Source: Lama guanicoe (taxonomy: Eukaryota). From it: 64,000 nt of DNA. Below the pieces are notes generated by a model, which saw only the letters and a program-made list of their open reading frames with translations, was not told where the DNA came from and did no database searches. Shown here piece by piece: positions 26,100 to 37,545 of this stretch. Location: NCBI GenBank assembly GCA_013239625.1, contig MU053652.1:3709902-3773901 (forward strand). The letters run 5' to 3'. Position numbers and translations under genes: made by a program. Each line of letters begins with the position of its first letter. The stretch's first letter is position 1.

Positions 26100-26750
26100 T
26101 TGGAGTAGAAGCAGAACCTTACACTCCGCAGAGAATGTTCTGGAGTCCCGCGGTTCCCGCGTCGAGTCAGCGAAGCGCACCCAGTTCTGGCCCCGCGTGC
26201 TGCCCCCGCCGGCTGTGGGCGAATGCCGGCGGCGGCCGCTGAGCCCCCCAGGCCCCGGGGGCGTGGCTTCCCCTGGCCGTGCGCCCCGCCGTCCGCTGCT
26301 GGCTGGACCCCGCGACCTCGCGCTACAGTCACTCCGGGGGCTCGCAGGTGTCACCTGCGGGGACGTAAGTGGCTCCTCCGCGGGTCGCGGGACTTTTCCT
26401 CGAGAGGGTTGGGGCGGAGGGGTGCGGCCCACCTCCAGCCATCTTGGCCCGTCCCGCCTCAGGCACCAGGGGGCGCGCGGGCTTCGCGCGGCGGCTCCAG
26501 GTCCCGGGCAGACGGGCTCTTCAGCACCTGCGCCGGCCCAGCCCGCAGGAGTGGGACCGGGAGGCCCCGGGGCATCTTGCCTGCCGGAGACCCCTGGCCC
26601 CGCCCGAGGTGCCCGGCAGTCGCCAGAAAGGAAACCGCCGAGGCCGCCCAAACGCCGACCGTGGGATCCCAGCCCCACCCAGCGTGACCCGTTAGTGCCG
26701 CAGAGGCCGTCCCCCTCCCACCGCGTCCCCGCCCCAGGCCTGGAACCTCC
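26100..26750. promoter_or_regulatory. Orphan CpG island ~3.4 kb downstream of UBE2H
   Basis: Dense CpG and very high GC; CTCF-like GCACCAGGGGGCGC at 26463-26476; GTAAGT donor at 26365. Confidence 0.8.
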
Positions 26751-27446
26751 TTGACCATCTTAGTAAGAACCAGAGCCTTCCAGCCTGCCTGTTTCCTCGG
26801 CTAGGCTCCTGGTGGCCAGCGACAGATGTGAGTGCTTAAGCAAGCAGTGGCATTTGGAAGGTCAAGGCGAGGCCCCATAATTGTGGGGAGGCTGTACGAC
26901 CAGACTTGGAAAGTGAGCAGAGGGACTCCGGAGGCCCGGCCTCAGGAGCACCCGGCCAGAACAAGACCACTCCAGCAGACAGCCCCGTGCCCGGCTTGAA
27001 TCTAACCATCCCTCCTCTCTGCATCACGTGCTGAAGAAGGAAGAGCCCCCGCAGGAGCCAGAACCCTGTCCTACTGGGTGCAGACCTAGGGGAAGAGCTC
27101 TCAGAGTGGAAAGCGAGGTAAGCCCAGACACCAAGGGCCACGTGCTTACTGCCACTGTGCGCGCCACTCTGCAAACCCTTTCGCCCCACCTCATCTCGCC
27201 TCCCCAACTGACCCTTTGGACAGAGAGGATAAAGGTCTTGAAAGAACCACAAACCATAAGGAGGGGGGCTTCCTGGAGGGGGTGCGGCTTGATCCAGGCC
27301 CTGCTAGATGGGAATGGTTTGGATAAGAAGAAAAAGGGGCAGGGCAGCCCAGGTAAGGGAGTGGCCAGGGGTATGCAGGGAGGTGGGAGTAGAAAGAGGG
27401 GAAGATGAAGGAGGTGGGTCTCAGGGTTCTGGCTGGGCTGGAGGTC

Positions 27447-27490
27447 AAGGTGGGAAAGGAAGTTGAAAGGTGGGAAAGGAAGTTGAAAGG
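27447..27490 (+). repeat. 20-bp tandem repeat (AAGGTGGGAAAGGAAGTTGA, ~2.2 copies)
   Basis: Direct reading of the sequence. Confidence 0.9.
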
Positions 27491-27734
27491 CACAAAACCA
27501 AAATATAAGAAGAGAGAGACAGAGAAGTGGACAGGGACCTGAAGCAAGAGGGCTGGGCAAGGAGGGATGATGGCACAGGCTGCAAGGACAGGAGGGCCAG
27601 GATGCATGGGGGGATGGAGCACAAGGGCAGGAGAAAGGAGCAGGAAGGATAAGAGAGGACCAGGAAGTGTTGCTTCCGAGATGGAGCAGAAGACCACAGC
27701 CTCCACCTCCAGTGCCCTCTGTCTTGCTGCTTTT

Positions 27735-28480
27735 TTCCACCTTGAGTCTCTTGCTCTAGGAGAAGTCAGCTGCCCTTTGGAGAGACCCGCATGGCTGGGA
27801 ATTGGTGCCCGAAACCTATGGCTCCTCCAGACCCAGTCACGCTAGAATGACTGCAGCCCAGGACTCGTGAATCCTAGATTCCTGACCCTCAGAAACTGAA
27901 ACAGAGGAACAATGTCCATACTTCTAAGCTTCTAAGTTTTGGGTGTAATTACTTACACAGCCATAGATATCTAGTAGGCTGTGACCTTGAGGAATCACTG
28001 TATTAGCCCTGGACTGCTTATCTCAAGACTTATTTTAAATGAGAGAGAAAAATAATTTCTATCATGTTTAAGCCATGAAAAGTTGAAAATTTTTGTTCTG
28101 TTTTGTTTTCTATTTCTTACAACAGACCCTAATATTAAATTACTGGATAAAAAAGACTAGAAATAACAGTGGTGTGGGAAATTAGGTTCCTGTTCTCTGT
28201 CTGTCATCTAGCTTTGGCTTCCACTTTCCACATGTCACCTCATAGTCCAAGATAGCTGCTGGAGCTTCAGAAATCATATCCCAAGTTCCAGGCAGTAGGA
28301 AGAAGGAAGGACGGAAGAATAAAAGGTCTTTCTTTCCCACCTGACAACTCTTTTTAAGGAGTCTTCTTGGACGCCTCTTCCACACTTCCACTTCCAAGGC
28401 CAAACTGGGACACAGGGAAGTGGGGACATGTACTTCTTCAGCTGGGCATATTGCCCCCTTGAATAAAATTAGGGTTCTAC
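27735..28480. mobile_element. Cluster of old MLT1 (ERVL-MaLR) LTR fragments
   Basis: gattcctgaccctcagaaactg...taagttttgggtgtaatt...acagccatagata and ccaagatagctgctggagcttcag. Confidence 0.6.
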
Positions 28481-28489
28481 TAATGCAAT

Positions 28490-28890
28490 ATGTGGATCTT
28501 ATGTTTGGGGAGTCTGTTGGAGCAAGTCAGCTCTTTAAAAAATTGTGAGACAGTTGGGGAAATTTGAACAGTGAATGGATATATGATGATATTAAGAAAT
28601 TATTGTTTTTATAGGTGAGAAAAATATTGTGTTTTATATTGTACTGTATATAGATATATATGGTCAAAGACTACCTTTTTGAAATATGTACTGAATTTAT
28701 GGATGAAATAATATGATATTTGGCTGTGTTTCAAAATAACTCAATGGTGGGAGGGGTATAATAGATGAAGCAGGATTAGCTCTGTGTTAATTGCTGAAAC
28801 TGAGTGATGATGGGTACATAGGAGTTCGTTATACCATTCTCTCTACCATTCTCTATAGGTTATACATTTTTCATGACAGAAAATTTTTTA
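28490..28890 (+). mobile_element. L1ME-type 3' fragment
   Basis: gggaaatttgaacagtgaatggatatatgatgatattaagaaattattg...tgatgggtacataggagttcgttata. Confidence 0.65.
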
Positions 28891-30819
28891 AAGTTCTGCT
28901 ATTAAATAAGAGAATTGAGATTTGTATTTTAAAAATTGGAGTTCTAAAACATTGGAGTAAGGAATAGGGGAGGTTAGCTCTGGGAACACACAGAGCAGTC
29001 TCTGCCAGTCCTAGCAGCCTTGCTCAATTCCTCACTGGCAGAGAAGGCCTGAATGGCCTATGATCTGATGTCCCTGTGGGCCGTGATACCAGCTAGACAC
29101 CTTGATTGCCGAGTACTTACTGGATCCTGCTGTGTTCCCAGATTTGCATTATGGGTCAGGGAGGAAAAGGGTATAACTAAAGGTCTATGATACTCAGGCC
29201 CTGATCCCAAGCAACTTATAATTTATTTCAGCATACAGTGCCAACACAAGACACCTATGCTCCATGTAGTCACTCCAAGATAGGAGAAAAATAGGTGGGA
29301 AATTGTTCCATGTGTGTTCCTTCAGCAAGAAGGATGAGGACAAGGTGTGCAGGGGGGCTGCATGGAGATGGAGGTGGGGATGAACTGGTCCTTGATTTGA
29401 CCTGATCAGGAGAGAAAGCCCATCTGGTGAGAGGAGCATGAGATCAGGAGACCTTACTCAACCTCGCCACCAACTGCATGTCTAAGGGGGCTGAGGGCAG
29501 CTACAGGCTGTGCCTGTTTCTGACCCTGGCAAAGGAGTTAGTTCTTAAGGATTAAAAGTCAAGCCACAAAATCTCCCCGTTAATTATGATAATAGTAACA
29601 ATAGCAACAACAGCGAATGTTTTAAGATTCCAGGCATCAAGCTCAGGGTTTAATTTACATCAAGGCTGTGAGGCTGGTGTGAAGACACCACAGTGGACAC
29701 CTGTTACTCTTGCCTGCCCAGCATCTGTTCCTTCTTCTTCTGGTATCAGTGCCGCTATGCTGTTTCGGGGAATTACCCCTCCTCACTCACTCTCGTCCTT
29801 GGGGTTTTTGGAGGCTGACACCCCCTTCCACTCCCTCCAGTGGTGGCCCCCTTTGACCCTGCCAGCAAGTCAGATGCCCTACCCTGAGTTCAGAGAAGAG
29901 CCAGTGGCTGGTACTTCTGCTGACACCACTGGGGAGGAGGTCGTTTTCCCTCTGGGGTTGCTAAGCTGGCAGGAGGTGAGCCTGAGGCAGGGCTGGGAGA
30001 ACCTCCTCCCTGAACTTTCCCTCTAGATGAGAATGTCAAAGCCCTTTTTTATTAAAGCCTGTTAATCTGTCTCTCTGTCATTTGCAATCAAGAATCTTGA
30101 CTAATATGCACCTCCAGTATTCAGGTGGGGAACTAGAAGGTGTAGTTATACGCTCAAGGTTAGAATTTATAATAGCCATACCCTGGGCCTTAGAAGACAG
30201 ACTTCCAAAAGTACAGATGAAAGAATAGATTTATACCAGAGCCTTAAGTAGAAGATGATGGCCTCCAGTTAAGATGACCAATTGACCATACAGGTAACCC
30301 CAGTCCTTACCAAATCCCCCAGTGCTTGGTGGCTCCAGGTTCCTTTGATCTTGAGGGTGAAGGAAGGGCTGCAATAGGAAAAGAGAGGTTCAAAGTTTAT
30401 GTGTTGGTCACCTAGATCTCCTGCCAATTCTGTGCAGCCAGAGCACTGATCCTCTTCCAACTAAGCAACCAGAAGATTTTGCTACAGAAGAGCAGACCAG
30501 AGGTATACAAGCAAAAACCAAGGGGAAGTTGCCATATCAAAAAACAGGGTTTAAAGTGAAAGTTAACATCCTGAACAGTGTGACCTCAACCTCCTTCCCC
30601 CATCCAGCCCCCAAAAGCCTGGCAGCCAAGCTTATTCCATCCAGGCAGGAAGTGGAAGGATTTCTGTATAAGCACTCTTACCAACTCAAGAGGAAGGAGT
30701 TTCCCAAGGAAATGGTCCAGTTAGACCACAGCTGGTGAAGGCCACAGATGTCAAGCTCATCTATGCACTCAGAGCTTCTAATCAGCTTTTTAATGTCCCT
30801 CTTTGAAATACAAATTGAA

Positions 30820-31565
30820 CAAGGTCCAACCATATGCTACCTACAGGAGACACATTTTAGATTCAAAGATACAAATAGGTTGAAAACAAACAACAAAAAA
30901 AATGAATCATGCAAGCAGCAACCATAAGAAAGCTAGAGTGACTGTATTAATATGAGATAAAGTAGACTTGGAAACAAAATTTATTACTAGAGGTAATTGC
31001 TACTCATTATAATGTTAAAAGTGTCAATCCATCAGGAAGATACAACATGAAGAAAAAAATGGACAGAATTGAAAGAAGAAATGGACAAATTAACTGTAAA
31101 GTTGGTGACTTCAGTACCTCATTTTCAATAATGGATAGATCAAGTAGGCAGAAGATCAACCAGGAAATGGAACACTTGAGCAACACTGTAAACCAGCTAG
31201 ACCTAAAAGACATCGATGGAACAGCCCACCCGACAGCAGCAGAATACATATTCTTCCCAAATGCATGTGGAGTGTCCTCAAGGATAGGTCACGTTAGGGC
31301 ATAAAACAGGCCTAAATAAATTTGAAAGAATTGAAATTGTATAAAGTATGTTCTCTGATCACAACAGAGTGAATTTAAAAATAAATAACAGAAAGAAATT
31401 TGGGAAATTGATAAATATGTGAAAATTAAACGATACACTCCTAATTAGCCAATTGACCAGGGAAATTAAGAAATACTTTAAAATGAAGGAACATAATTTG
31501 TAGATAAACATGCCAAAACTTAAAGGATGCAGCTAAAGCAGTGCTTAGAGGAAAAGTTATACATT
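30820..31565 (+). mobile_element. L1 ORF2 endonuclease-region fragment (degenerate)
   Basis: ORF 31047-31304 contains VGDFSTSFSIMDRSSRQKINQEMEHLSNTVNQLDLKDI, typical of the L1 APE endonuclease. Confidence 0.9.
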
Positions 31566-33344
31566 CAAAAAAAAAAAAAAAGACAGTTAAACACAGATAA
31601 TTCTCCTGGAGAAATGAACAATTATTGGTGGGTCCTCTTACACAATGTTCCAATATGACATGGAAAAGACACTCAGCCATTCTTTCATCTTATTTCCGTG
31701 TTTTGGATAATTTGTCTTTACACTCATTATTTCATTTGTATCAATATAGTTGAATGTGTTACTGAAATGAAAAATACTGTTTTAAAAAAGGCGTAGTATT
31801 TCTTCAATGTGCTTGTGTGTTCCAAACTCTAATGTTTGGTTTTAGGGAATGCTTATAAAGAACCTTGTATTAGAAAATCAGAAATAATGCCATTAATTTT
31901 GTTAGACATCAAGACCAAACTTTTTCAATAATTTTAATGAAAGAGAAAAGCATAAGAACTAGTCTGCCAGCTGGCAAATAATTTTATTTTTGCTTAAAGG
32001 AAGAGAAAATATTAAAAACTTTATTAGATGAAATTAAAGGATTCTCATTGGAATATTATTTTCAAGTAATAGTTTATGATGACTTGATAAGACAGTGTTT
32101 TTTTAAAATACATTTTGAATAAAGCACACTTTAATTTGGGGGAAAAAAGTCATGTACAATTTTTTAAAATGGGTTTTGGCCAGTCTGTCTTGAAAGAATA
32201 TGCTATCCCTCCCCGCCCCCCAAATCCTACAATCCCAGTTAGAAGAATCAGTGTTACTAACTTACATTGCTTCAGTTCTTTTAAGGAGATGTTCTCAGAC
32301 AATAATTTATGAAGAGATACTGAGACTAGGCTAAAAATAATTCCTTACATTTAAATGTGGTGGGTTGTGGGGAGCCATTTATTGTATTCAGTATTTGATA
32401 CTAATGCTGGCTTTGTCTTTGCCTCACAGGACTTTGTCTCGTGAGCACTAACTCCAGCTAGAGTATGCGAGAGGCAACATGGCATCACTCTCACCCCCCA
32501 TCCTATAATAATCCCGAATTCTGAGACCCCCAACAAGGGCCAAGATACAGTTATCAACACCTGCTTCACCCTTACCAGATACACATAGATGACAAAGGAA
32601 GACCAGAGCCAGAAGACAGGCTTTTTAGGTCTGAGTAAGCTTAAAGAAGGCTTTCCCCAAAGTAGACTTTCGAACCGTGCCTCTGTCTGCATCTCTGAAG
32701 CTTTTCATATCCGAAGTCAATGTACCTTAAGATTCCCAAAGACGGGAGTGTGCAGTGGGAGCCGGGCAGTAGTGGAAGTGGGTGTGGGAAATATTTTAAA
32801 TATCTAACTCTGGTCTCTGTGTGGGAAACAAGGGCAGGAGTGGAAGGTAGAGGCTAGTGCCAAAATCCAAGCTGGAGACATGGTGGCCTGGACCAGGCTT
32901 GGGCAGTGGAGGTGGGGCTTGCTGGGGACTGGATGTGGTGGGAGGGAAAGAGAAGAGCTGAGTATGAAGCATGGACTTCTGCCTGAGGACCTGCGTAGTA
33001 AGGATTCCATGTCCTGACCTGGGGAAGGTGGGGGAGGAGGAGTCTGGGGAGGGAAGGAGTTGATGAGTTCAAGAGGATCTCTCAGCAAGTGGAAGTGTCA
33101 AATAGGAAGTTGTATAAATGAGGCTGGTTTCAGGGGCCAGGCCTAGTAGATATGTCCAGTTTGGGAGTCACTGAATGAGGTTACCTTGGGGGAAAGATAG
33201 ATGGAGATGCTATTACTTACCCACTTGCTTTTAAAAACATTCTTTATTGCATATCAAGTTCCTATGTTCATTAGATCTATTTCCAAACCCTTTGTTTTGT
33301 TTCATTTATTGACGCTCCTGTTTTCTTTAATGTTTTTATTTTTT

Positions 33345-33560
33345 TTAATTTTATTTTTTATTGAAGAGTAGTTGACTTACATTAGTTTTAGGTGTACAGC
33401 AAAGCAATTCAGTTTTACATATACATACATTTATGTATATTTTTCAGATTCTTTTTCATTATATGTTATTACAAGAAATTGAATGTAGTTCCTTGTGCTA
33501 TACAGTAGGTCCTTGTTGTTTATCTATTTTATACTTATAATTCATTTTTATATTTATACT
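33345..33560 (-). mobile_element. Cetartiodactyl-type L1 3' end with poly(A) tail
   Basis: ttattgaagagtagttgacttacattagttttaggtgtacagcaaag...tgtgctatacagtaggtccttgttg preceded by a T-rich tract. Confidence 0.8.
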
Positions 33561-33563
33561 TAT

Positions 33564-34362
33564 AATCAAAAGGAAGCCAGAGTCACAATACTTGTATTGG
33601 ACAAAATTGACTTTAAAATAAAGACTATTACAAGAGACAGAGAAGGACACTACATGATGATCAAGGGATCAATCCACAAAGAAGATATAACATTGTAAAT
33701 ATATATAAACCCAACATAGGTGCATCTCAATATATAAGCAAATATTAACAGACATAAAAGGAGAAATGGACAGTAACACAATAATAATGGGGTAATTTAA
33801 CACCCCACTCACATCAATGGACAGATCATCCAGACAGAAAATCAATAAGAAAACACAGGCCTTAAATGACACATTAGACCAGATGGACTTAACAGATATT
33901 TATAGAGCATCCCATCTGAAAGCAGCAGAATACACATTCTTCTCAAGTGCACGTGGAACATTCTCCAGGATAGATCACATGTTGGCCCACAAAGCAAGCC
34001 TTGGTAAATTTAAGAAAGTTGAAATCGTATCAAGCATCTTTTCTGACCACAACACTATGAGATTAGAAGTCAGCTACAAGGGGAAAAACTGCAAAGACCA
34101 CAAACACATGGAGGCTAAACAATATGCTACTAAACAATTTGATCACTGAAGAAATTGAAGAGGAAATCAAAAAATACTTAGAAACAAATGAAAATGAAAA
34201 CACAAAGATCCAAAACATCTGGGACTCAGCAAAAGCAGTTCTAAGAGGGAAGTTTATAATGATACAAGCTTACCTCAGGAAACAAGAAAAAGCTTAAAGA
34301 AAAAATGTAACCTGACACCTAAAGCAATTAGAGAAAGAAGAACAAACAAAACCCAAAGTTAG
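33564..34362 (+). mobile_element. Relatively young L1 ORF2 endonuclease fragment, inverted relative to the adjacent L1 3' end
   Basis: ORFs read DKIDFKIKTITRDREGHYMMIKGSIHKEDIT and MDRSSRQKINKKTQALNDTLDQMDLTDIYR...FSRIDHMLAHK...FSDHN. Confidence 0.95.
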
Positions 34363-34458
34363 TGTTTATTTTTTATTTGTTTATTTTAATAGAAGTACTG
34401 AGGATTGAACCCAGGACCTCATGCATGTGCTCTACCACTGAGCTATACCCACCCTCCC
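34363..34458 (-). mobile_element. tRNA-derived SINE (Vic-1-like)
   Basis: Reverse complement reads gggagggtgggtatagctcagtggtagagcacatgcatgaggtcctgggttcaatcctcagtacttc plus an A-rich tail. Confidence 0.85.
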
Positions 34459-34859
34459 TGATGCTCCTGTTTTTGCTCAGCACCATACTATTTAAAATAC
34501 TGTTTCTTTATCATACATTCTGATGGTATTAACACATGCTTTAGGATTGGACCACCAGTTTTTAATTTAAAAAAAAATCAGAAATTATTGCCTACTCACA
34601 TTTCCAAATAAATTGTAGAAGTATTTTGTCAAGACTCAGATACTTGTTGAGATTTTCATTAAAATTATAAAATATTTAAATTTGTTTAAGGCAGTAGCTA
34701 TCTTCACATTCTATTTAGTTTAGTCTTTTCATTCAGGAACCATGTTTAGTTTTTTTAAATACTTTTGAATTGGTAACACAGTACATAAACACAGTACAAA
34801 ATTTCAAAAAGTTACAATTATATGGTGAAACGTAAATCTCTTGGCTGTTTCTCACAAAA

Positions 34860-35600
34860 GTAAACAAATCTTACCATACAGTCCAGCAGTCGCGCTCCGT
34901 TGTAGTTACCCAAAGATGCTGAAGTTTTATGTCTACAAAAAAACCTGCACATAAATGTTTATAGCAGCTTTATTCATAACTGCTGAATCTTAGGAGTGAA
35001 CAAGATGTCCTTCAGTAACTGAATGGATAAATAAACTGGTATATCCAGACAGTGGAATATTATTCAGTGCTGAAAAGAAGTGAGCTATGAAGCCATGAAA
35101 AGACATGCAGGAATCTTAAATGCATATTACTAAGTGGAAAAAGCCCTGTGAAAATCTATATGCTGTACGATTTCAACTATATGATATTCCAGACAAAGCA
35201 AAACTATGGAGGCAATAAAATGATCAGTGATTGTCAGGGGTTGGGCTTGGGAGGGAAGAGGAGGGATGAATAGGTGGAGCACAGAGGATTTTTAGGGCAG
35301 TGAAGCTATTCTGTATGAGACCATGATGGTGGATACACGTCATCATACATCTGTCCAAACCCAGACAGTGTGCAACACCAAGAGTGAACCCAAGTGTAAA
35401 CTATGGACTTTGGGTGATAATGATGTGTCAGTGTGGGTTCATCAATTGTAATTAATGCACCCCTCTGGTGGGGAAGGTTGGTAATGCAGCAAGCTATGCA
35501 TTCATGAGTCAGGGCAGAGAAATTTCTGTACCATCCCCTCAATTTTGCTGTGAACCTTAAACTGCTCTTAAAAATTAGTCTTGATTTTTAAATTTAAATT
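34860..35600 (+). mobile_element. L1MC-type 3' fragment
   Basis: aatgtttatagcagctttattcataac...gaatcttaaatgcatattactaagtgg...tgtaaactatggactttgggtgataatgatgtgtca. Confidence 0.85.
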
Positions 35601-36277
35601 TAAATTTTTTAAAAAAGTAAGCCTCTTTGTCTCTCTACTACTCCATATTCAGTTTCCTTTCACAGAGGCAATGACAATTGGCAGTTTCATGGCGCCCTCC
35701 TGGAGCCGGGTCCTGTGTCTGGAAGCATAAAGTAATGACTCTTCATATAAAATTGGAAGCAAGTTACACACACTGCTTGGCACCTTGCTTTGCTTTACAA
35801 AGTAATCATTTCATATCGGCACATACAGAGCTGCCTCAATCTTTTTAATAGTGTATAATAAATTGTTGTAAGATATACTTAACCAATCCTTTAATGTATT
35901 GAAGTTTTAGAAGCTCTAGTTGGTTCTTTTCATATCTACTATGTCACTTAAAAAAATAATTTCCTGTTCCTTGCAGATCTCTTTAAGTTTGTCTTTAATG
36001 TCTATAAACAGAGTGTGCATGTTTTTTATAGATTGGGTCTCATAATCCCAGTATCTGAAGTCTTTGTGCGACTGTTTGTGTTTCTGTGATTTTTGCTGAG
36101 TGTCTTCTACATGTTTTTCTTATTCCCTTGATGCATCATCTCTGGTGCAAGAAGGTCTGAGGTAAAAGAAGGAACGGTGAGCACAAAAGCTTTGTAACAC
36201 GAAGGCAAATCCAAGTGAGCACTGACATGCAAAACAACAGTTAATAACTGTGGTGCATTTAAAAAATGTAGAATTGA

Positions 36278-36424
36278 GGTGGGGACGGTATAGTTCAGTG
36301 GTAGAGCATGTGCTTAGCATGTGTGAAGGCTGGGTTCAATCCTCAGTACTTCCATTAAAAAAATTTTTTTAAATAGATAAACCTAATTATCTCCCCCTCC
36401 ACAAAACAACCAAAAAAAAAAAAA
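36278..36424 (+). mobile_element. tRNA-derived SINE (Vic-1-like) inserted in older L1 sequence
   Basis: ggggacggtatagttcagtggtagagcatgtgcttagcatg...gggttcaatcctcagtacttcc, A-rich tail, AGAATT on both flanks. Confidence 0.85.
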
Positions 36425-36854
36425 CCAGAGAATTAAAATACATGACTGCACACTGGCTTGTACATTTAAAAAATGGTTAAAAAGATAAACTTTATATTAT
36501 GCATGTTTTATCACAAACACACACAAAATACATGACTATATTAGTATGTAGATCAAGAGGAGGAGGAGTTAGAGGTACAGGGTTCCAAGATCTTTAAATT
36601 GTCCAAGAAGAGGGTAAAGTGTTGATGAACTCAAGATTTGATAAGGTATGTATATATGTTATGATTTCTAGGGAAACCACTAAGCAGATAGAAATAGAGT
36701 ATAACTTCCAAGTTAATAAAGGAAATAAAATGGAAGAAGAAAAATATCCAAAAGAAAGAAAAAAAGGAAAGGAAAAAAACCCTGGAGTATGTGGACAAAT
36801 AGAAAGTAGAGGGGAGAGAGGCCACCAGTCTCCCTGCTCCCATCCTGTGGCCAC

Positions 36855-37545
36855 AAGTGGTGGTGAGGATGTGGAGAATTTGGAACCCTGGTACTTTACT
36901 GGTAAGAATGTAAAATGGTGCAGCAGCTGTGGAAAAGTTTGGTGGTTCCTCAAAATGTTAAACATAGAATTAGCATATAAGCCAGCAATTCCACTCTTAG
37001 GTATAGACTCAAGAGAATTGAAAGCAGGGACTCCAACAGATACCTGTACACCCAGGTTCATAACAGTATTATTTACAATAGCCAAAGGGTGGAAGCAACC
37101 CAAGCGTTCATTGGTAGATAAATAGATAAACAAAATGTGCTGTATACATACAATGGAATACGACCTGGCCTTTAAAGGAAAAAGAATCTGATACAAGCTA
37201 CAACACGGATGAGCCTTGAAAACATCATACTAAGTGAAAAAAGCCAGACAGAAAGGGACAAATACTGCATGATTCCTCTTTTATGAGGTACCTAGAATAG
37301 ACAAATTCATGGAGACAGAAAGTAGGATAGAAGTTATCAAGGGCTGAGGCCTAGGAGAGAATGGGGAGTGATTGTGTAAGAGGTACAGAGTGTATGTCTG
37401 GGATGATAAAAAACGAAATGGATAGTGGTGATGGCTTTATAACATTGTGAATGTCCTTAATACCATTGAACAGTACATTTAAACATAGTAAAAATGGTTA
37501 ATTTTATGTTATGTGCATCTCAACCAAAAAAAGAAATAAAAAATT
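36855..37545 (+). mobile_element. L1MB-type ORF2 C-terminus and 3'UTR fragment
   Basis: GEDVENLEP...WWFLKMLNIELAYKPAIPLLGI...LFTIAKGWKQPK matches the L1 ORF2 C-terminal region. Confidence 0.9.

Noticed and set aside
26040..27740. Long overlapping ORFs (up to 238 aa) on both strands over the CpG island and adjacent purine-rich DNA
   Set aside because: Pro/Gly/Arg-rich or low-complexity frames expected from stop-poor GC-rich sequence; no recognisable domain
33495..34149. Endonuclease-like ORFs as a possible host gene
   Set aside because: Fragmented L1 ORF2 with stops and frameshifts
36594..37196. 200-aa hydrophobic minus-strand ORF
   Set aside because: Antisense reading of an L1 fragment
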